DNA from: a virus
Taxonomy: Duplodnaviria; Caudoviricetes
Virus record (IMG/VR): IMGVR_UViG_3300044648_000098
Coordinates: 564 to 64,563 of that record
Direction: 5' to 3' (one strand)
Length of the DNA: 64,000 bases
Of this stretch, positions 55,100 to 64,000 are shown piece by piece (the first letter of the stretch is position 1; each line of letters begins with the position of its first letter). Under the pieces are notes generated by a model. It was not told the DNA's origin. It searched no databases and worked only from the letters and a program-made list of their open reading frames with translations. Both the position numbers and the translations under genes were made by a program.

Positions 55100-55313
55100 C
55101 GCCAGCGCACCGAAGCGCCCTCGCGGCCGGCCAAAGGGCTCAGGCACGGGCCCAATGCTGCCGCCAGAGGAGCGCACTAAGCCGCGCAGCGTGCGCCTCA
55201 ACGACGCGCGCTGGGAGCGGCTGAAGGCGCTCGGTTCCGAATGGCTGGCCGAGGTGATCGACGCGGCGGAAATGCCTGCGTCGACTCACTCGGGCGGCGA
55301 CTCGCAGGCGTAG
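55092..55313 (+). CDS. AT-hook plus ribbon-helix-helix regulator
   Basis: KRPRGRPKG and SVRLNDARWERLKALGSEWL..VID. Confidence 0.7.
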   Translation: MSDASAPKRPRGRPKGSGTGPMLPPEERTKPRSVRLNDARWERLKALGSEWLAEVIDAAEMPASTHSGGDSQA

Positions 55314-55477
55314 ATCTCGGCCGCCTCCTCGGGCGACAGGTCGCAAGCCTCTTCCCAGAGGTGCCCCGACACGATCTCGGCAATCTCCGCCGGGGACTTG
55401 CCCGGCATCAGCCGGCCGAGCGCCATGGTGGCGCGGTCCAGCCATTCGGCGCGGTCGCAGTGTGGCGTCAGCCCCAT
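55286..55477 (-). CDS. Small hypothetical protein
   Basis: GGAGG RBS; LSPEEAAEIY motif. Confidence 0.5.
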   Translation of the reverse strand: MGLTPHCDRAEWLDRATMALGRLMPGKSPAEIAEIVSGHLWEEACDLSPEEAAEIYACESPPE

Positions 55478-56319
55478 AGGCGCCTCCGGCGGCCGAGCCA
55501 CACGACGACGCTTCCGAGCGCCAGAAGCGCGCCGGCGCCCGGCTCAGGGATAGGCGCGCTGACATCGATGTAGGTCCCGGCGTTCATCCAACCCGTCATG
55601 GCGTTCGCCGTGGTGTTGGTGATGGACAGGACGAACAGTCCACCATCGCCCAGCGTGTACCTGAACACGTCCGACAGGTTTCCGCCGAACGCGCTGGTCA
55701 GGGAGGCGAACAGGCTCGCGCTCACGCGGTTGCCCACATCGGCCATCGTCAGGCTGGCGAAGGATGCCGCCGTGTCGAGGGTGAAGCTCGTCACCGTGTC
55801 GAGCGCGAGCCCGTCGAGCACGCTCAGCGTGCAGAGCGTGGCGAACGACATCGTCTCGCCGGCGCCGAGCGAGAAGCCGCGGCGCCACTCGGTGGTCACC
55901 TTGACCTCCGACCCGTTGCGCGGCTTCGCCTTCGCGGTCGAGGTGATGCTGGAGTAGTAGACATTCCCCATCCCTGACCCCGCATAGTCCAGTTCAGGCA
56001 CTCGCGCGATGATCTCGCCAAGCGTGGTGGGCACGCTCCCGTAGTTGTGCATGCTCGGGCCGCTGCGCCACTCATCCCAGGTGGCGGAGCCGGCGCCGTC
56101 CAGGCCCGCCTGATCTCGCGCCTGGACACCCGCCGCGCGCATGCTTGGAGTGGTCCAGTCACCGTTCAGGTTATGCGGGCCGTCCAAGGCCGGGGACCCG
56201 ACTCGCAGCGGAGGAAGCCCCCCTTGAAGCACGAGCTGGGCGGTGTAGTCGGTGGCGTGAGCGAGGGCCGCCCAGCCGAACAGGAGCGCAGCAGCTGCGC
56301 CCTTTGCGATGCGTTTCAT
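55468..56319 (-). CDS. PEP-CTERM sorting-domain surface protein
   Basis: Signal peptide ending ALAHA; C-terminal PIPEPGAGALLALGSVVVWLGRRRR. Confidence 0.9.
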   Translation of the reverse strand: MKRIAKGAAAALLFGWAALAHATDYTAQLVLQGGLPPLRVGSPALDGPHNLNGDWTTPSMRAAGVQARDQAGLDGAGSATWDEWRSGPSMHNYGSVPTTLGEIIARVPELDYAGSGMGNVYYSSITSTAKAKPRNGSEVKVTTEWRRGFSLGAGETMSFATLCTLSVLDGLALDTVTSFTLDTAASFASLTMADVGNRVSASLFASLTSAFGGNLSDVFRYTLGDGGLFVLSITNTTANAMTGWMNAGTYIDVSAPIPEPGAGALLALGSVVVWLGRRRRLWG

Positions 56320-56487
56320 GCTCTCACCCTTGTGCCCCGGTCATGCGCCAGGGTCATTGAGGATGGTAAGCAGCACCCGACCGCAACGTGTCCCCCCATC
56401 TCGGGGGCTCAACGAATACACAAATTTGCTTGTACCGTTTCGCGTTTTTGTTTATGATGCATTCATCGCAACGACACGGAGGGCACG

Positions 56488-56661
56488 GTGAAGATAAGCG
56501 AGTTCAAGCGATGGCTTGAAGCGCAGGGGGTGACGTTCAAGGAGGGCTCAAGCCACTGGAAGCTGTACCACCAGGGCAGGCAGTCAGTCCTCCCGAGACA
56601 CCCCAGCAAGGAGCTAAAGGAAGGCACCCGCCGCGCTGTCCTGAAGCAACTAGGTCTCTAA
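56488..56661 (+). CDS. hicA: HicA mRNA interferase toxin
   Basis: Not in ORF track; GGAGG RBS, MKISEFKRWLEAQGVTFKEGSSHWKL...LPRHPSKEL...KQLGL. Confidence 0.92.
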   Translation: MKISEFKRWLEAQGVTFKEGSSHWKLYHQGRQSVLPRHPSKELKEGTRRAVLKQLGL

Positions 56662-56733
56662 CCAGAACGGGCCCGGCGGGGGCCCTTTTGGACATGAGGC
56701 CGGGCACCGTGCCCACACAGAAAGGAAACTGCA

Positions 56734-57153
56734 ATGCAACGCTATCCAGCCCGATTCGAGGCGGCCCCGGAGGGCGGCTTCACCGTGACCTTCCGGGATA
56801 TCCCCGAAGCCATCACGCAAGGTGACGACATCGACGAGGCGCGCGCCGAGGCCGTCGACGCGCTTGTCACCGCCATGGACTTCTACTTCGAGGACCGCCG
56901 CCCGGTGCCCGCCCCTTCGGCGGCCAAGGACGGCGAAGAACTCGTCGCGCTTCCGGTGTCGGTGGCCGCGAAGGTCCTGCTCTTGAACGAGATGCTGGCG
57001 ACGAAGACTCGCCCGATCGAACTCGCCAAGGCCATGGCCGTCCGCCCGCAGGAGGTCACCCGGCTGCTCGACCTTCATCACGCCACGAAGATCGACACGC
57101 TGGCGCAGGCGTTCGAGGCCATCGGCCGGCGGTTGGAAGTCACGGTTTCGTGA
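56734..57153 (+). CDS. hicB: HicB antitoxin
   Basis: VTFRDIPEAITQGD, AKVLLLNEM, QEVTRLLDLHHATKIDT. Confidence 0.95.
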   Translation: MQRYPARFEAAPEGGFTVTFRDIPEAITQGDDIDEARAEAVDALVTAMDFYFEDRRPVPAPSAAKDGEELVALPVSVAAKVLLLNEMLATKTRPIELAKAMAVRPQEVTRLLDLHHATKIDTLAQAFEAIGRRLEVTVS

Positions 57154-57276
57154 CGCGCAGCACCTCGAGCAGCGCTCGCCACCAGAACCGGCTGAAGCAA
57201 GCGGCGGCGGCGAGCGCCACCAGGAACACGGCAGGCACGAAGGCGACGGCCATGAGCGCGGCAACGATGGTGCGGC

Positions 57277-58503
57277 TCATACCGCGTAGACCTCTTTCGC
57301 TGCGACCTTGCCTCCTCCGCCCTTGATGCGGTCGCGGATCTCGTCGATCGACAGGACGCGCCGGCCGACGTCGCCATAGGTGCGACTGCGGAGCACGACG
57401 GTGATCGCCTTGCGGGCCCTGTAGCCAGCGTCGTGCGCCCACTTGTCGTTGGACGCCAGATGGTTCCATGACTCGATGGTCACGCTCGGGTGGTCCTTCG
57501 ACACGAACCCGTGGTGGACGTGCCCGATGTCGATGTAGTGGAAGTCCGTCTCGCCGAAGTCCTTGCGGAAGTCGGAGGTCATCACGCCCACGAGGCGCGC
57601 CGGCGGGCACTTGTCGCTGTGGTGAACCATGACCAGCGTCTTGCCCATGCGGTACGGGATGAACACGCTGTCGTTGTCGAGCACGTGCACCCGCCCGGTG
57701 TGGCCGTAGGCCACGGTGAGCAGTTCACGCATCCAGAAGTCATTGATGCGGCTGTGGTTGCCCTGGTTGATGATGACGTCGACGTGGCGGGCCTTCTCCA
57801 GCGCTTTGTCTACGATCGAGCGCATGGTGCGGCTGTAGACGCGCAGCATCTTCGGGTGCCGGCCGTCGGCGTCAAGCGCATGCCCGCTTGCGGCCGTGGT
57901 GGCCGCGAGGTTGTCGTAGTGGGTGGCGTCGCCGAGGTCGTTGATGACGATCCGCTCACATGCTGGCATCTCGTCGATCAGCAGGCCGATGGCCCCGCAC
58001 AGCTCGCGCTCGGCAATGCGGAGGTCGAAGTTCTCGCCCGTCTCGGCAGCGTGGGCCAGCATGCCGATGTGGGCGTCGCCGATCTGGATCCAGGGAATGA
58101 TGTCGGTCTGGAAGTCCAGCGGCGCCGGCGGCGGCGTGATCGGCTGGACGTCACCGACGAACTCGGCGATGGCCTGCTGCATTGCCTCGAGCTGAGCCTC
58201 TGCTGCCAGATGCGCCTTCACCCACTGGCCGGTTGGCTTCCCGTCCTTGTTGTAGTAGGTGCTGACGCCCTTTGCGACGTGGGTCGGCGGCACCGGCCGC
58301 GTCCAGTCGTGGTCGGGGCTGTACCCACGCAGCGCAGCCTTCGCCTTCGCCGCCTCGACTCCCTTGCGCACTGAAGTGAAGTTGACGCCGAGCACACGCG
58401 CGGCGGCGCGCATCGACCCGTGCTTGATGACCGCGTCGATGTAGCGGCACTGGGTCTCGGAGGCGAACTGCTTCAGGTTCTCGTCCACGGTGGCAGGCGT
58501 CAT
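57277..58503 (-). CDS. Calcineurin-like metallophosphoesterase with N-terminal HTH
   Basis: GDAHIG, LGDATH, QGNHS, GHVHH motifs. Confidence 0.85.
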   Translation of the reverse strand: MTPATVDENLKQFASETQCRYIDAVIKHGSMRAAARVLGVNFTSVRKGVEAAKAKAALRGYSPDHDWTRPVPPTHVAKGVSTYYNKDGKPTGQWVKAHLAAEAQLEAMQQAIAEFVGDVQPITPPPAPLDFQTDIIPWIQIGDAHIGMLAHAAETGENFDLRIAERELCGAIGLLIDEMPACERIVINDLGDATHYDNLAATTAASGHALDADGRHPKMLRVYSRTMRSIVDKALEKARHVDVIINQGNHSRINDFWMRELLTVAYGHTGRVHVLDNDSVFIPYRMGKTLVMVHHSDKCPPARLVGVMTSDFRKDFGETDFHYIDIGHVHHGFVSKDHPSVTIESWNHLASNDKWAHDAGYRARKAITVVLRSRTYGDVGRRVLSIDEIRDRIKGGGGKVAAKEVYAV

Positions 58504-58775
58504 GTGGGGTGTCCTTCGCGGATGAAAGCCGGCTGCATGACCTTGAGCGGGCAGAGTTTCGTGACCATCGCCCGCGGGATCGCGGTGCGCGGGCCGATGA
58601 AGTCGGGATGCCAGGCGGCGGTGAGGATGAAGGCCTCGGGCGTCTCCGCGAGGATGTAGCCCACCTGGTGCACGATGACCGGCTGGTAGGTGTGGTCCGT
58701 GGTGTGGACCCAGCCGGTCTCGAGGTCGAGCTCGTGCGCGTCCTCCCACTCGATGTAGACCAGCGGGGGGATCAT
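58500..58775 (-). CDS. Conserved small phage protein
   Basis: VYIEWEDAH...VGY...IPRAMV. Confidence 0.7.
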   Translation of the reverse strand: MIPPLVYIEWEDAHELDLETGWVHTTDHTYQPVIVHQVGYILAETPEAFILTAAWHPDFIGPRTAIPRAMVTKLCPLKVMQPAFIREGHPT

Positions 58776-59317
58776 TCGGCGCCCCTGGTCAGCGCGTCAT
58801 AGGACCGCTCGCAGGCGAGGCCGGCGATTCGGGCGGCGTCGGCGTGGGCAGCAAGCTGTCCAGCAGCCTCACCAATCCGGGCGAGCAGCGCGTCGGCTGG
58901 CAAATCGGCGGCGGGCTCGGCTGCCGGGCCGCCTTGGGGAGCGGCGGGATCGCCGGCGGCGGCACGACGGGCGGCGTCGGCGGCGACACGCTGGCGCAGC
59001 CGGCGCAGAGCATCAGCAGCAGCGCCGGCATCAGCGCGGGCGGCCTCGAGTTGGCGAGTGGCTTCATCTTCGGCTTCCTTCTGTGCTTGGATGCGGCGCT
59101 GTTCCTCGCGCCGGTAATTCTCGGAGGCGAGGCGCGCGGTGCGCTCGGCGTCGGCGCGGTGCTTGGCGAAGGCTGCGTCGAGCTTGGCGTGGGCGCTCTG
59201 GGCGCGGGCCAGGCGGACGGTCTGCACGGTGGCCGCGGCGGCGAAGGCCAGGGCCGCAGCGATGGCCGCGTAGGCGATCAGCTTCTGGGCGGTTGATGCG
59301 ACGCTGAAGGGGTTCAT
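58772..59317 (-). CDS. Rz: i-spanin (Rz-like)
   Basis: N-terminal TM, coiled coil, AGLACERSYDAL end. Confidence 0.85.
   Translation of the reverse strand: MNPFSVASTAQKLIAYAAIAAALAFAAAATVQTVRLARAQSAHAKLDAAFAKHRADAERTARLASENYRREEQRRIQAQKEAEDEATRQLEAARADAGAAADALRRLRQRVAADAARRAAAGDPAAPQGGPAAEPAADLPADALLARIGEAAGQLAAHADAARIAGLACERSYDALTRGAE
58789..59067 (-). CDS. Rz1: o-spanin (Rz1-like) lipoprotein embedded in Rz
   Basis: LLLMLCAG-C lipobox, Pro-rich, alternate frame within Rz. Confidence 0.8.
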   Translation of the reverse strand: MKPLANSRPPALMPALLLMLCAGCASVSPPTPPVVPPPAIPPLPKAARQPSPPPICQPTRCSPGLVRLLDSLLPTPTPPESPASPASGPMTR

Positions 59318-59484
59318 GGGGAGGGCCTCTCGGTGAAGGCTTGGGCCGCCAGGAAGGCGGCGATGGTCGCCACCATCACCGTCGAGTAGACGCCGTCGCC
59401 GATCTTCCCGAAGGCGACCAGCAGGGAGGCGGAGAGCATCGACACCAGCGCGGCGATCGCCTTGAGTTCAATGAGCTTTTCCAT
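59314..59484 (-). CDS. Small two-TM protein in lysis cassette
   Basis: Two hydrophobic helices between endolysin and Rz. Confidence 0.55.
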   Translation of the reverse strand: MEKLIELKAIAALVSMLSASLLVAFGKIGDGVYSTVMVATIAAFLAAQAFTERPSP

Positions 59485-59539
59485 TCGGGCTCCATCTGTG
59501 GCGCGGGTATCGGTCGGATATCCGCGCCACGGGTTGCGA

Positions 59540-60049
59540 TCACTGAGCGGCCATGCACTTCTCGTAGCGGCTGAGCTGCCGCTGCCAGACGCCCCAACAG
59601 CGCTTGTTGCCGGGGGTCGAGCAGTCGTAGCCGGCCGCTCGCTTCCAGAGCAGGAGCGCACGGCACGCGCCGCGGTAGTCGGCCTCCATCAGCCGGGCGC
59701 GCATGCTGGACTTGCGCCAGTTGCCGACCCCGTACTGCCCGACGAAGTCCATGTAGAGGTCGAACTCCTCCTGATGGAGCTTCACGCCGGGGATGCTTGC
59801 GCGGAACTTGCGCTCGTCGGCGCTCATCAGGTTGCGGGCCAGGATGGCGCCACGCTCGCGCGTGATGGGCGGGTCGGTCATCCGGACCGGCGTGCCGGCC
59901 TCGTAGCGGGTGGAGCCGTGCCCGATCGTGGGCACGTCCCCTCGGGTGGGTATGACGGGCGCGGCCGTGAACCCCTCGTGCGCCTGCCAGGCCGCGAAGC
60001 CCACGGCGCTCAGCGACAGCAGGGCGGCGGCGATGCGGGCCTTACTCAT
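59540..60049 (-). CDS. GH24 lysozyme, probable SAR endolysin
   Basis: Weakly hydrophobic N-terminal helix then HEG...GDVPTIGHGST. Confidence 0.92.
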   Translation of the reverse strand: MSKARIAAALLSLSAVGFAAWQAHEGFTAAPVIPTRGDVPTIGHGSTRYEAGTPVRMTDPPITRERGAILARNLMSADERKFRASIPGVKLHQEEFDLYMDFVGQYGVGNWRKSSMRARLMEADYRGACRALLLWKRAAGYDCSTPGNKRCWGVWQRQLSRYEKCMAAQ

Positions 60050-60308
60050 CGCTGTACTCGCCTTCGTGAAGGTCCGACAGCCCTGCGTTGAGGCGGCGCA
60101 ATCGCACCGCGTGCAGGTGCTCTGCGCGCCGATCTGCCTTGCGCTTGTAGTACCAATTCACCAGCAGGCCGACAGCGGCGACGACGATGCCGAAGACGAC
60201 CGCGAACTCGTTGGAGAGGAACCAGCCGAGTGCGGCCGAGCCAGCCCCGGCATAGGTCGACTTGGATGCGACCGCCGCGACAGAGGCTTCAATGGCTTCG
60301 TTTTTCAT
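60042..60308 (-). CDS. Holin (HP1-like)
   Basis: SKSTYAGA, TM segment, VNWYYKRK; overlaps endolysin start. Confidence 0.8.
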   Translation of the reverse strand: MKNEAIEASVAAVASKSTYAGAGSAALGWFLSNEFAVVFGIVVAAVGLLVNWYYKRKADRRAEHLHAVRLRRLNAGLSDLHEGEYSDE

Positions 60309-60333
60309 GAAAGGCGCTTTCATTTCGGGCAAG

Positions 60334-60357
60334 AAAAAGCCCGCACAGCGGCGGGCT
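60334..60357 (-). terminator. Terminator between tail and lysis genes
   Basis: AGCCCGC-cgctgt-GCGGGCT then T tract. Confidence 0.7.
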
Positions 60358-60381
60358 CGGTGGTTGGGTTGGTGACGCCTG

Positions 60382-60966
60382 TCAGGCCGGTGGCGCGATG
60401 GCGTCGAGTTGAGCGATAGCGGCCTCAGCCGCAGCGGTGATGGCGGCGGCGTCACCCGCCAGAGCAGCAGCCGAGACAGCGGCCTTGCCACCGATGCGCG
60501 CTGCCTCGATGGCAGGGCTGAGCACGGCGTTCCAGAGGTCCGCCCGGGCGATGACGGCCGCGGCCACGTCCACAGCGGTGCAGCCCGTGGCCGCCGCCTC
60601 GCTGTGGATGTGTGGGGCAGCAGCGCCAGGATCAGCCGCCAGTGCCCGAGCCTCGGCCAGCTTCATCATGTAGACGGCCTGTTGTCCCGGCACCTCGGTG
60701 ATGAACCGTCGGCGTGCTACCCCAGCCGCTTCGTCCACTTGCAATAGCGCCTGACAGAGAGCGACTTCCGTTGGCACCGGAGCATCGCCGATCACGTCTG
60801 GTTCCCACTCGTTTCCGGCCCAACGCAGAGCCCGCACGTTGCGGTCGAACCACTTGGCGATGAGCACCTGTCCGTGGTTCACCTGCTGCTCAGCAATCCG
60901 CTGAGAGCACTCAATGCGCGTAACCACTGCGCCCGTCGACTCATCCACGATCGTGAATCGGTTCAT
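60382..60966 (-). CDS. Tail-fibre-associated / chaperone-like protein
   Basis: VDEAAG.AR.RFIT..PGQ.AVY..K..EA and IEAARIGGK motifs. Confidence 0.7.
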   Translation of the reverse strand: MNRFTIVDESTGAVVTRIECSQRIAEQQVNHGQVLIAKWFDRNVRALRWAGNEWEPDVIGDAPVPTEVALCQALLQVDEAAGVARRRFITEVPGQQAVYMMKLAEARALAADPGAAAPHIHSEAAATGCTAVDVAAAVIARADLWNAVLSPAIEAARIGGKAAVSAAALAGDAAAITAAAEAAIAQLDAIAPPA

Positions 60967-63900
60967 AGCTTGATGACCTCCACGAGCAGCAGCATGTCAG
61001 ACCATGTCGTGCCATTGCTGCCGCTGTTGCTGTTGCCCTCCAACCCTATCGTGACCGTTTTAGGGGCCGTGACCGTGATGGAACCTCGCATGCTTGACGT
61101 AAGACTCGTGGTCGTTCCGAACCGCGACAGCGCGACGTCAAAACGAATGCCGTCAACCACCATGAACAGCGATGTAAGTCCAGAAGGGAAGGAACCAGGC
61201 ACTGCCGGGCTCTGCGTTACCGTCGCGTGCAGAATGATCCGACACGTGTGATCCACCGTGTAGTTCACAGTCGCGAGGACGTTGAACTTGCCCACGTAGA
61301 ACTGATCTGGCGGATTCACTTGAATGATTTCCGTCGCTGCCTCGGGAATGATCTGACCGGTGTCGATGTCTGCGACCTTGGACAGCGGGCCGAAGCGGAC
61401 GTTGCTCACTGACGTGCCAGGCGAGTAGAACGAGGCGTCGAAGTAGAGCGGCGCGGTGATCTTGGCTGCGACGGCGCGGAGCAAGCCGCCGTTCCTCGTG
61501 TAGCGGACGGTCGCACCGTCATAGCTGACGGTCAGGGTATCGCCGACAGCCCAGCTGCCCAGAACAGCGGAACCGACGCCGCCCTCGTACGCTTGCAGCA
61601 CTCCATCGCTTCGCTTGTAGATTGCGAAATCGATGGAGGCATAGCTTCCGTCCGTCCATGGGTCGGTGTTCAGACCAAGCATCCAGTCGCCTGGAGCGCT
61701 CGTCACCACCCCCGATGCGTAGGCGCCGCCGATGTAGCCGTCAGCGCTGTAGCAGTCGGAGTCCCATGCGCTCGCACCGGTTGCAGCCTTGGTGAGCGTG
61801 TTTCCGCTGACCGAGCAGGTGCCGCGCGCCACGAGCCGCACGTCTACCGTCGCGTTCAGGTCGCCGGTGTACTTGTAGTCCGCCAGCGTGCGCGGCACGG
61901 CACCGGTGCCGCTCACGATGAGCTGGCTGCTTTGGATCGAGAACGCGACCTCGCACCAGGCGTTGGTGTCGCTGTCGATCGACCCCGAGTAGGCCTCATA
62001 CCCGTTGCCCTCGCCGCATCCGCCGATGCCGACCAGGATGTAGGCGGAGCGGAACTTGAACTGCGGGCTGCCGAAGACGCCAGCGGATGCGCCGCAGCGC
62101 TTCATGGCTTCGTACAGAACAGGCGTCAGCCGGTTCGTCGCGGGCTCGTCGTTCGAATAGACCACGACGACACTGTCAGGCCCGCTTGCGTTGAGCGCCG
62201 TCGCCATGTCGAGCATGACCGCGGCGCCGCCGCTCAGCGTGTTGTACCAGCCGACAAACGTGATGGCAGCGTCAGACCGACGGATGCGCACCACCGTGTA
62301 CATCGGATTCGGCCCATAGAACAAGCCGCCGGTCTCCCCGTTGTAAAGCCCCGCAACGCCCGGCGCTTGCGTGTCCGAATACCCCCGCGAGAGCACGCGG
62401 AACAACACCGGCCGCCCCACGATGCTCGACCAGTTCACCGCGTCCGTGGCGGTGACTGTCACCGCCACGCTTGCAGGTGCCACCGACTGGTTCGCGCTTG
62501 TGTCGTAGTGCTTGGCCCACACCGTGTATGAACCGACGGACGGGGAGAGCCAGGTGTACGACGTGGCCTTGCCGCTGAACAGCAAAGAGCTCGACACCCA
62601 GGTTGCACCGACGCGCAGCTCGGTCGTCGCGTAGTCCGCCTCCGTGTTTCCGTTCCAGGTGAGCCGCACGCCCGAGTTGACGACGGCGGCCGACAGCCCG
62701 GTCACGTTGGCAGGCGGCGCCGTTTTGCCGACCACCCGCGTGAACTGGTGCAAGCTCCACCGCCCGCGGACGTTGAGCAGGTTGCGGGCTCGCAGCCGGA
62801 ACAGGTAGATGGAGCCGTCCTGCAAGCCGCTCAGGTAAACCTGGGTGGCATCGCCAGGCGCGTCCATGCTCTCCCACTCTTCCAGGTCGATCCGACGCCA
62901 CTGCACCTCGACGTGTCCACCTTCGGCAACTGCGGCCTCTTGCAGTGGGTTCCATGACACCAGAACACGGGACAACACCGTGCCGTCGGACTGCACAAGG
63001 AGGTGCTCTGTCCCGCTGGCGAGCGTGACACCCGTCACCTGCTCCACCACCCAGGGTTTCGTGAAGGTCGTGTTCGGCGCCGCGTCCAGCACGCTCAGGC
63101 CGCTGGCCGGGTCGTAGATGCTGGCGGCCGTTTCCTTCAAGGTCAGGATCACGCCACCCTGCAGGGAGAACTCCGTGCCGAGCACCTCGAATTCCTTGGC
63201 GTCGAAGCCGAAGGCCGGTAGCGTCACCCGCACGACGTCGAACGCCTCCAGCGGGTAGGCCATCATGTTGCACGGCAAGCGCAGGGTCAGGCCATCGCGT
63301 GCGTCCCGCATGAGGACGCTGCACACGTGCTGGGCGTGGATCACGTCGGTGACCGCGGCGAGCGAGATCTCGCGCACCAGCTCCTGGCCGTCGTCGGCGA
63401 TGTAGGCGGCGCTCCGCACCTCGGGCGTCGGCGCGTAAACGTAGACCACCGCCTTTTCGGCGTCGGTCGTCGCGCTGGGGTACTTGCCCTTGTTTGCGAT
63501 GCTCGGGCGGTAGACGTTGACCACGTCGGAGCGCGGCGGGTCCTTGACCACCACGATGTCGTCCGCGCCAGAGAGCCAGTCCTCAGTGATGGTCGCCACA
63601 GGGTTGCGCCACGCGCCTGCAACCATCGTCAGGAGGCCGCCGGCGAAGCACCACTTGCCGGCCATTGCCTCGACGATCTCATCCATCCACACGTCGGGGT
63701 TGCCATCGAGCCGGCAGACCGTCCCGCAGGTGTAAAGGGGCATCGACGCGCTCGGGCCCGCAGCGGTCTGGAACACGGTCGCCACGTCGCAGGCGTTCGC
63801 CGCCGCGATGACGGCCGCGACGTTCAGTTCGGAAGGAAGGACGTCGCCGCCGTGCTTGTACAGCGCCCAGTCACGAGCACACAGAGCCGGGTTCTCGGTC

Positions 63901-64000
63901 CACTGCGTCGCGCCGGTGCGCGGGTCGTACACCTTGGCGCCACGGACCACCGCGGTTACGCTCGGCACGCCGGCCGGGAACACGTCCTGGCTATAGGTGA
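60963..64000 (-). CDS. Tail tip / host-specificity protein (J-like), middle and C-terminal part
   Basis: Open from window end; VRGAKVYDPR, NPALCARDW, FN3 domains, ILEI-like domain. Confidence 0.9.
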   Translation of the reverse strand, partial: TYSQDVFPAGVPSVTAVVRGAKVYDPRTGATQWTENPALCARDWALYKHGGDVLPSELNVAAVIAAANACDVATVFQTAAGPSASMPLYTCGTVCRLDGNPDVWMDEIVEAMAGKWCFAGGLLTMVAGAWRNPVATITEDWLSGADDIVVVKDPPRSDVVNVYRPSIANKGKYPSATTDAEKAVVYVYAPTPEVRSAAYIADDGQELVREISLAAVTDVIHAQHVCSVLMRDARDGLTLRLPCNMMAYPLEAFDVVRVTLPAFGFDAKEFEVLGTEFSLQGGVILTLKETAASIYDPASGLSVLDAAPNTTFTKPWVVEQVTGVTLASGTEHLLVQSDGTVLSRVLVSWNPLQEAAVAEGGHVEVQWRRIDLEEWESMDAPGDATQVYLSGLQDGSIYLFRLRARNLLNVRGRWSLHQFTRVVGKTAPPANVTGLSAAVVNSGVRLTWNGNTEADYATTELRVGATWVSSSLLFSGKATSYTWLSPSVGSYTVWAKHYDTSANQSVAPASVAVTVTATDAVNWSSIVGRPVLFRVLSRGYSDTQAPGVAGLYNGETGGLFYGPNPMYTVVRIRRSDAAITFVGWYNTLSGGAAVMLDMATALNASGPDSVVVVYSNDEPATNRLTPVLYEAMKRCGASAGVFGSPQFKFRSAYILVGIGGCGEGNGYEAYSGSIDSDTNAWCEVAFSIQSSQLIVSGTGAVPRTLADYKYTGDLNATVDVRLVARGTCSVSGNTLTKAATGASAWDSDCYSADGYIGGAYASGVVTSAPGDWMLGLNTDPWTDGSYASIDFAIYKRSDGVLQAYEGGVGSAVLGSWAVGDTLTVSYDGATVRYTRNGGLLRAVAAKITAPLYFDASFYSPGTSVSNVRFGPLSKVADIDTGQIIPEAATEIIQVNPPDQFYVGKFNVLATVNYTVDHTCRIILHATVTQSPAVPGSFPSGLTSLFMVVDGIRFDVALSRFGTTTSLTSSMRGSITVTAPKTVTIGLEGNSNSGSNGTTWSDMLLLVEVIKL

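Larger units (their letters stand above)
1..64000. mobile_element. Near-complete temperate siphovirus genome, circularly permuted or excised form
   Basis: Full set of packaging, head, tail, lysis, immunity, replication, recombination and integration modules; no host housekeeping genes; tail-tip gene split across the window ends. Confidence 0.93.

Noticed and set aside
56488-57153. hicAB as a novel system
   Set aside because: Canonical, well-described TA pair frequent in prophages
60306-60323. Holin dual-start (MKAPFM) antiholin motif
   Set aside because: No convincing RBS for the upstream ATG and spacing unlike lambda S105/S107
1-64000. CRISPR array, DGR, retron or IS element
   Set aside because: No regularly spaced repeat-spacer array, reverse transcriptase motif, TR/VR pair or transposase noticed by eye

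Overview
This window is almost certainly a near-complete temperate siphovirus genome (high GC, probably infecting a Burkholderiales betaproteobacterium), opened inside its tail-tip gene. The N-terminus of that gene runs off base 1 and its middle and C-terminal part re-enters at base 64000. No host genes are seen, and the integration site looks like an intact attP (3' half of tRNA-Val(CAC), 54037-54081). Layout: late operon on the minus strand (terS-terL-portal-minor head-scaffold-MCP, a ~7.3 kb fibre/adhesin/esterase cassette, neck, tail, tape measure, then tail tip and lysis at the far end); early-right operon on the minus strand (cro, cII-like, PAPS-reductase-like, C5 methylase, replication initiator and loader, nin-like genes, Q-like); cI plus early-left operon on the plus strand (PagP-like barrel, Erf, YqaJ exonuclease, SpoU methylase, SSB, acyl carrier protein, N4/N6 methylase, xis, int); and morons next to attP (PEP-CTERM protein, hicAB). 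The most unusual signals are: (1) a ~740-nt run of abutting structured non-coding elements between the Q-like gene and terS, including a tRNA-shaped RNA with a 7-bp kissing loop and a non-canonical tRNA-Gly; (2) a CI repressor that has lost both autocleavage residues, together with a LexA-box-preceded orphan gene beside attP; (3) a network of near-identical 16-36 nt linkers that bound variable domains in mosaic early proteins; (4) two fibres with a shared N-terminal docking motif placed between capsid and neck genes. All family calls come from motif recognition by eye. No searches or folding programs were run.
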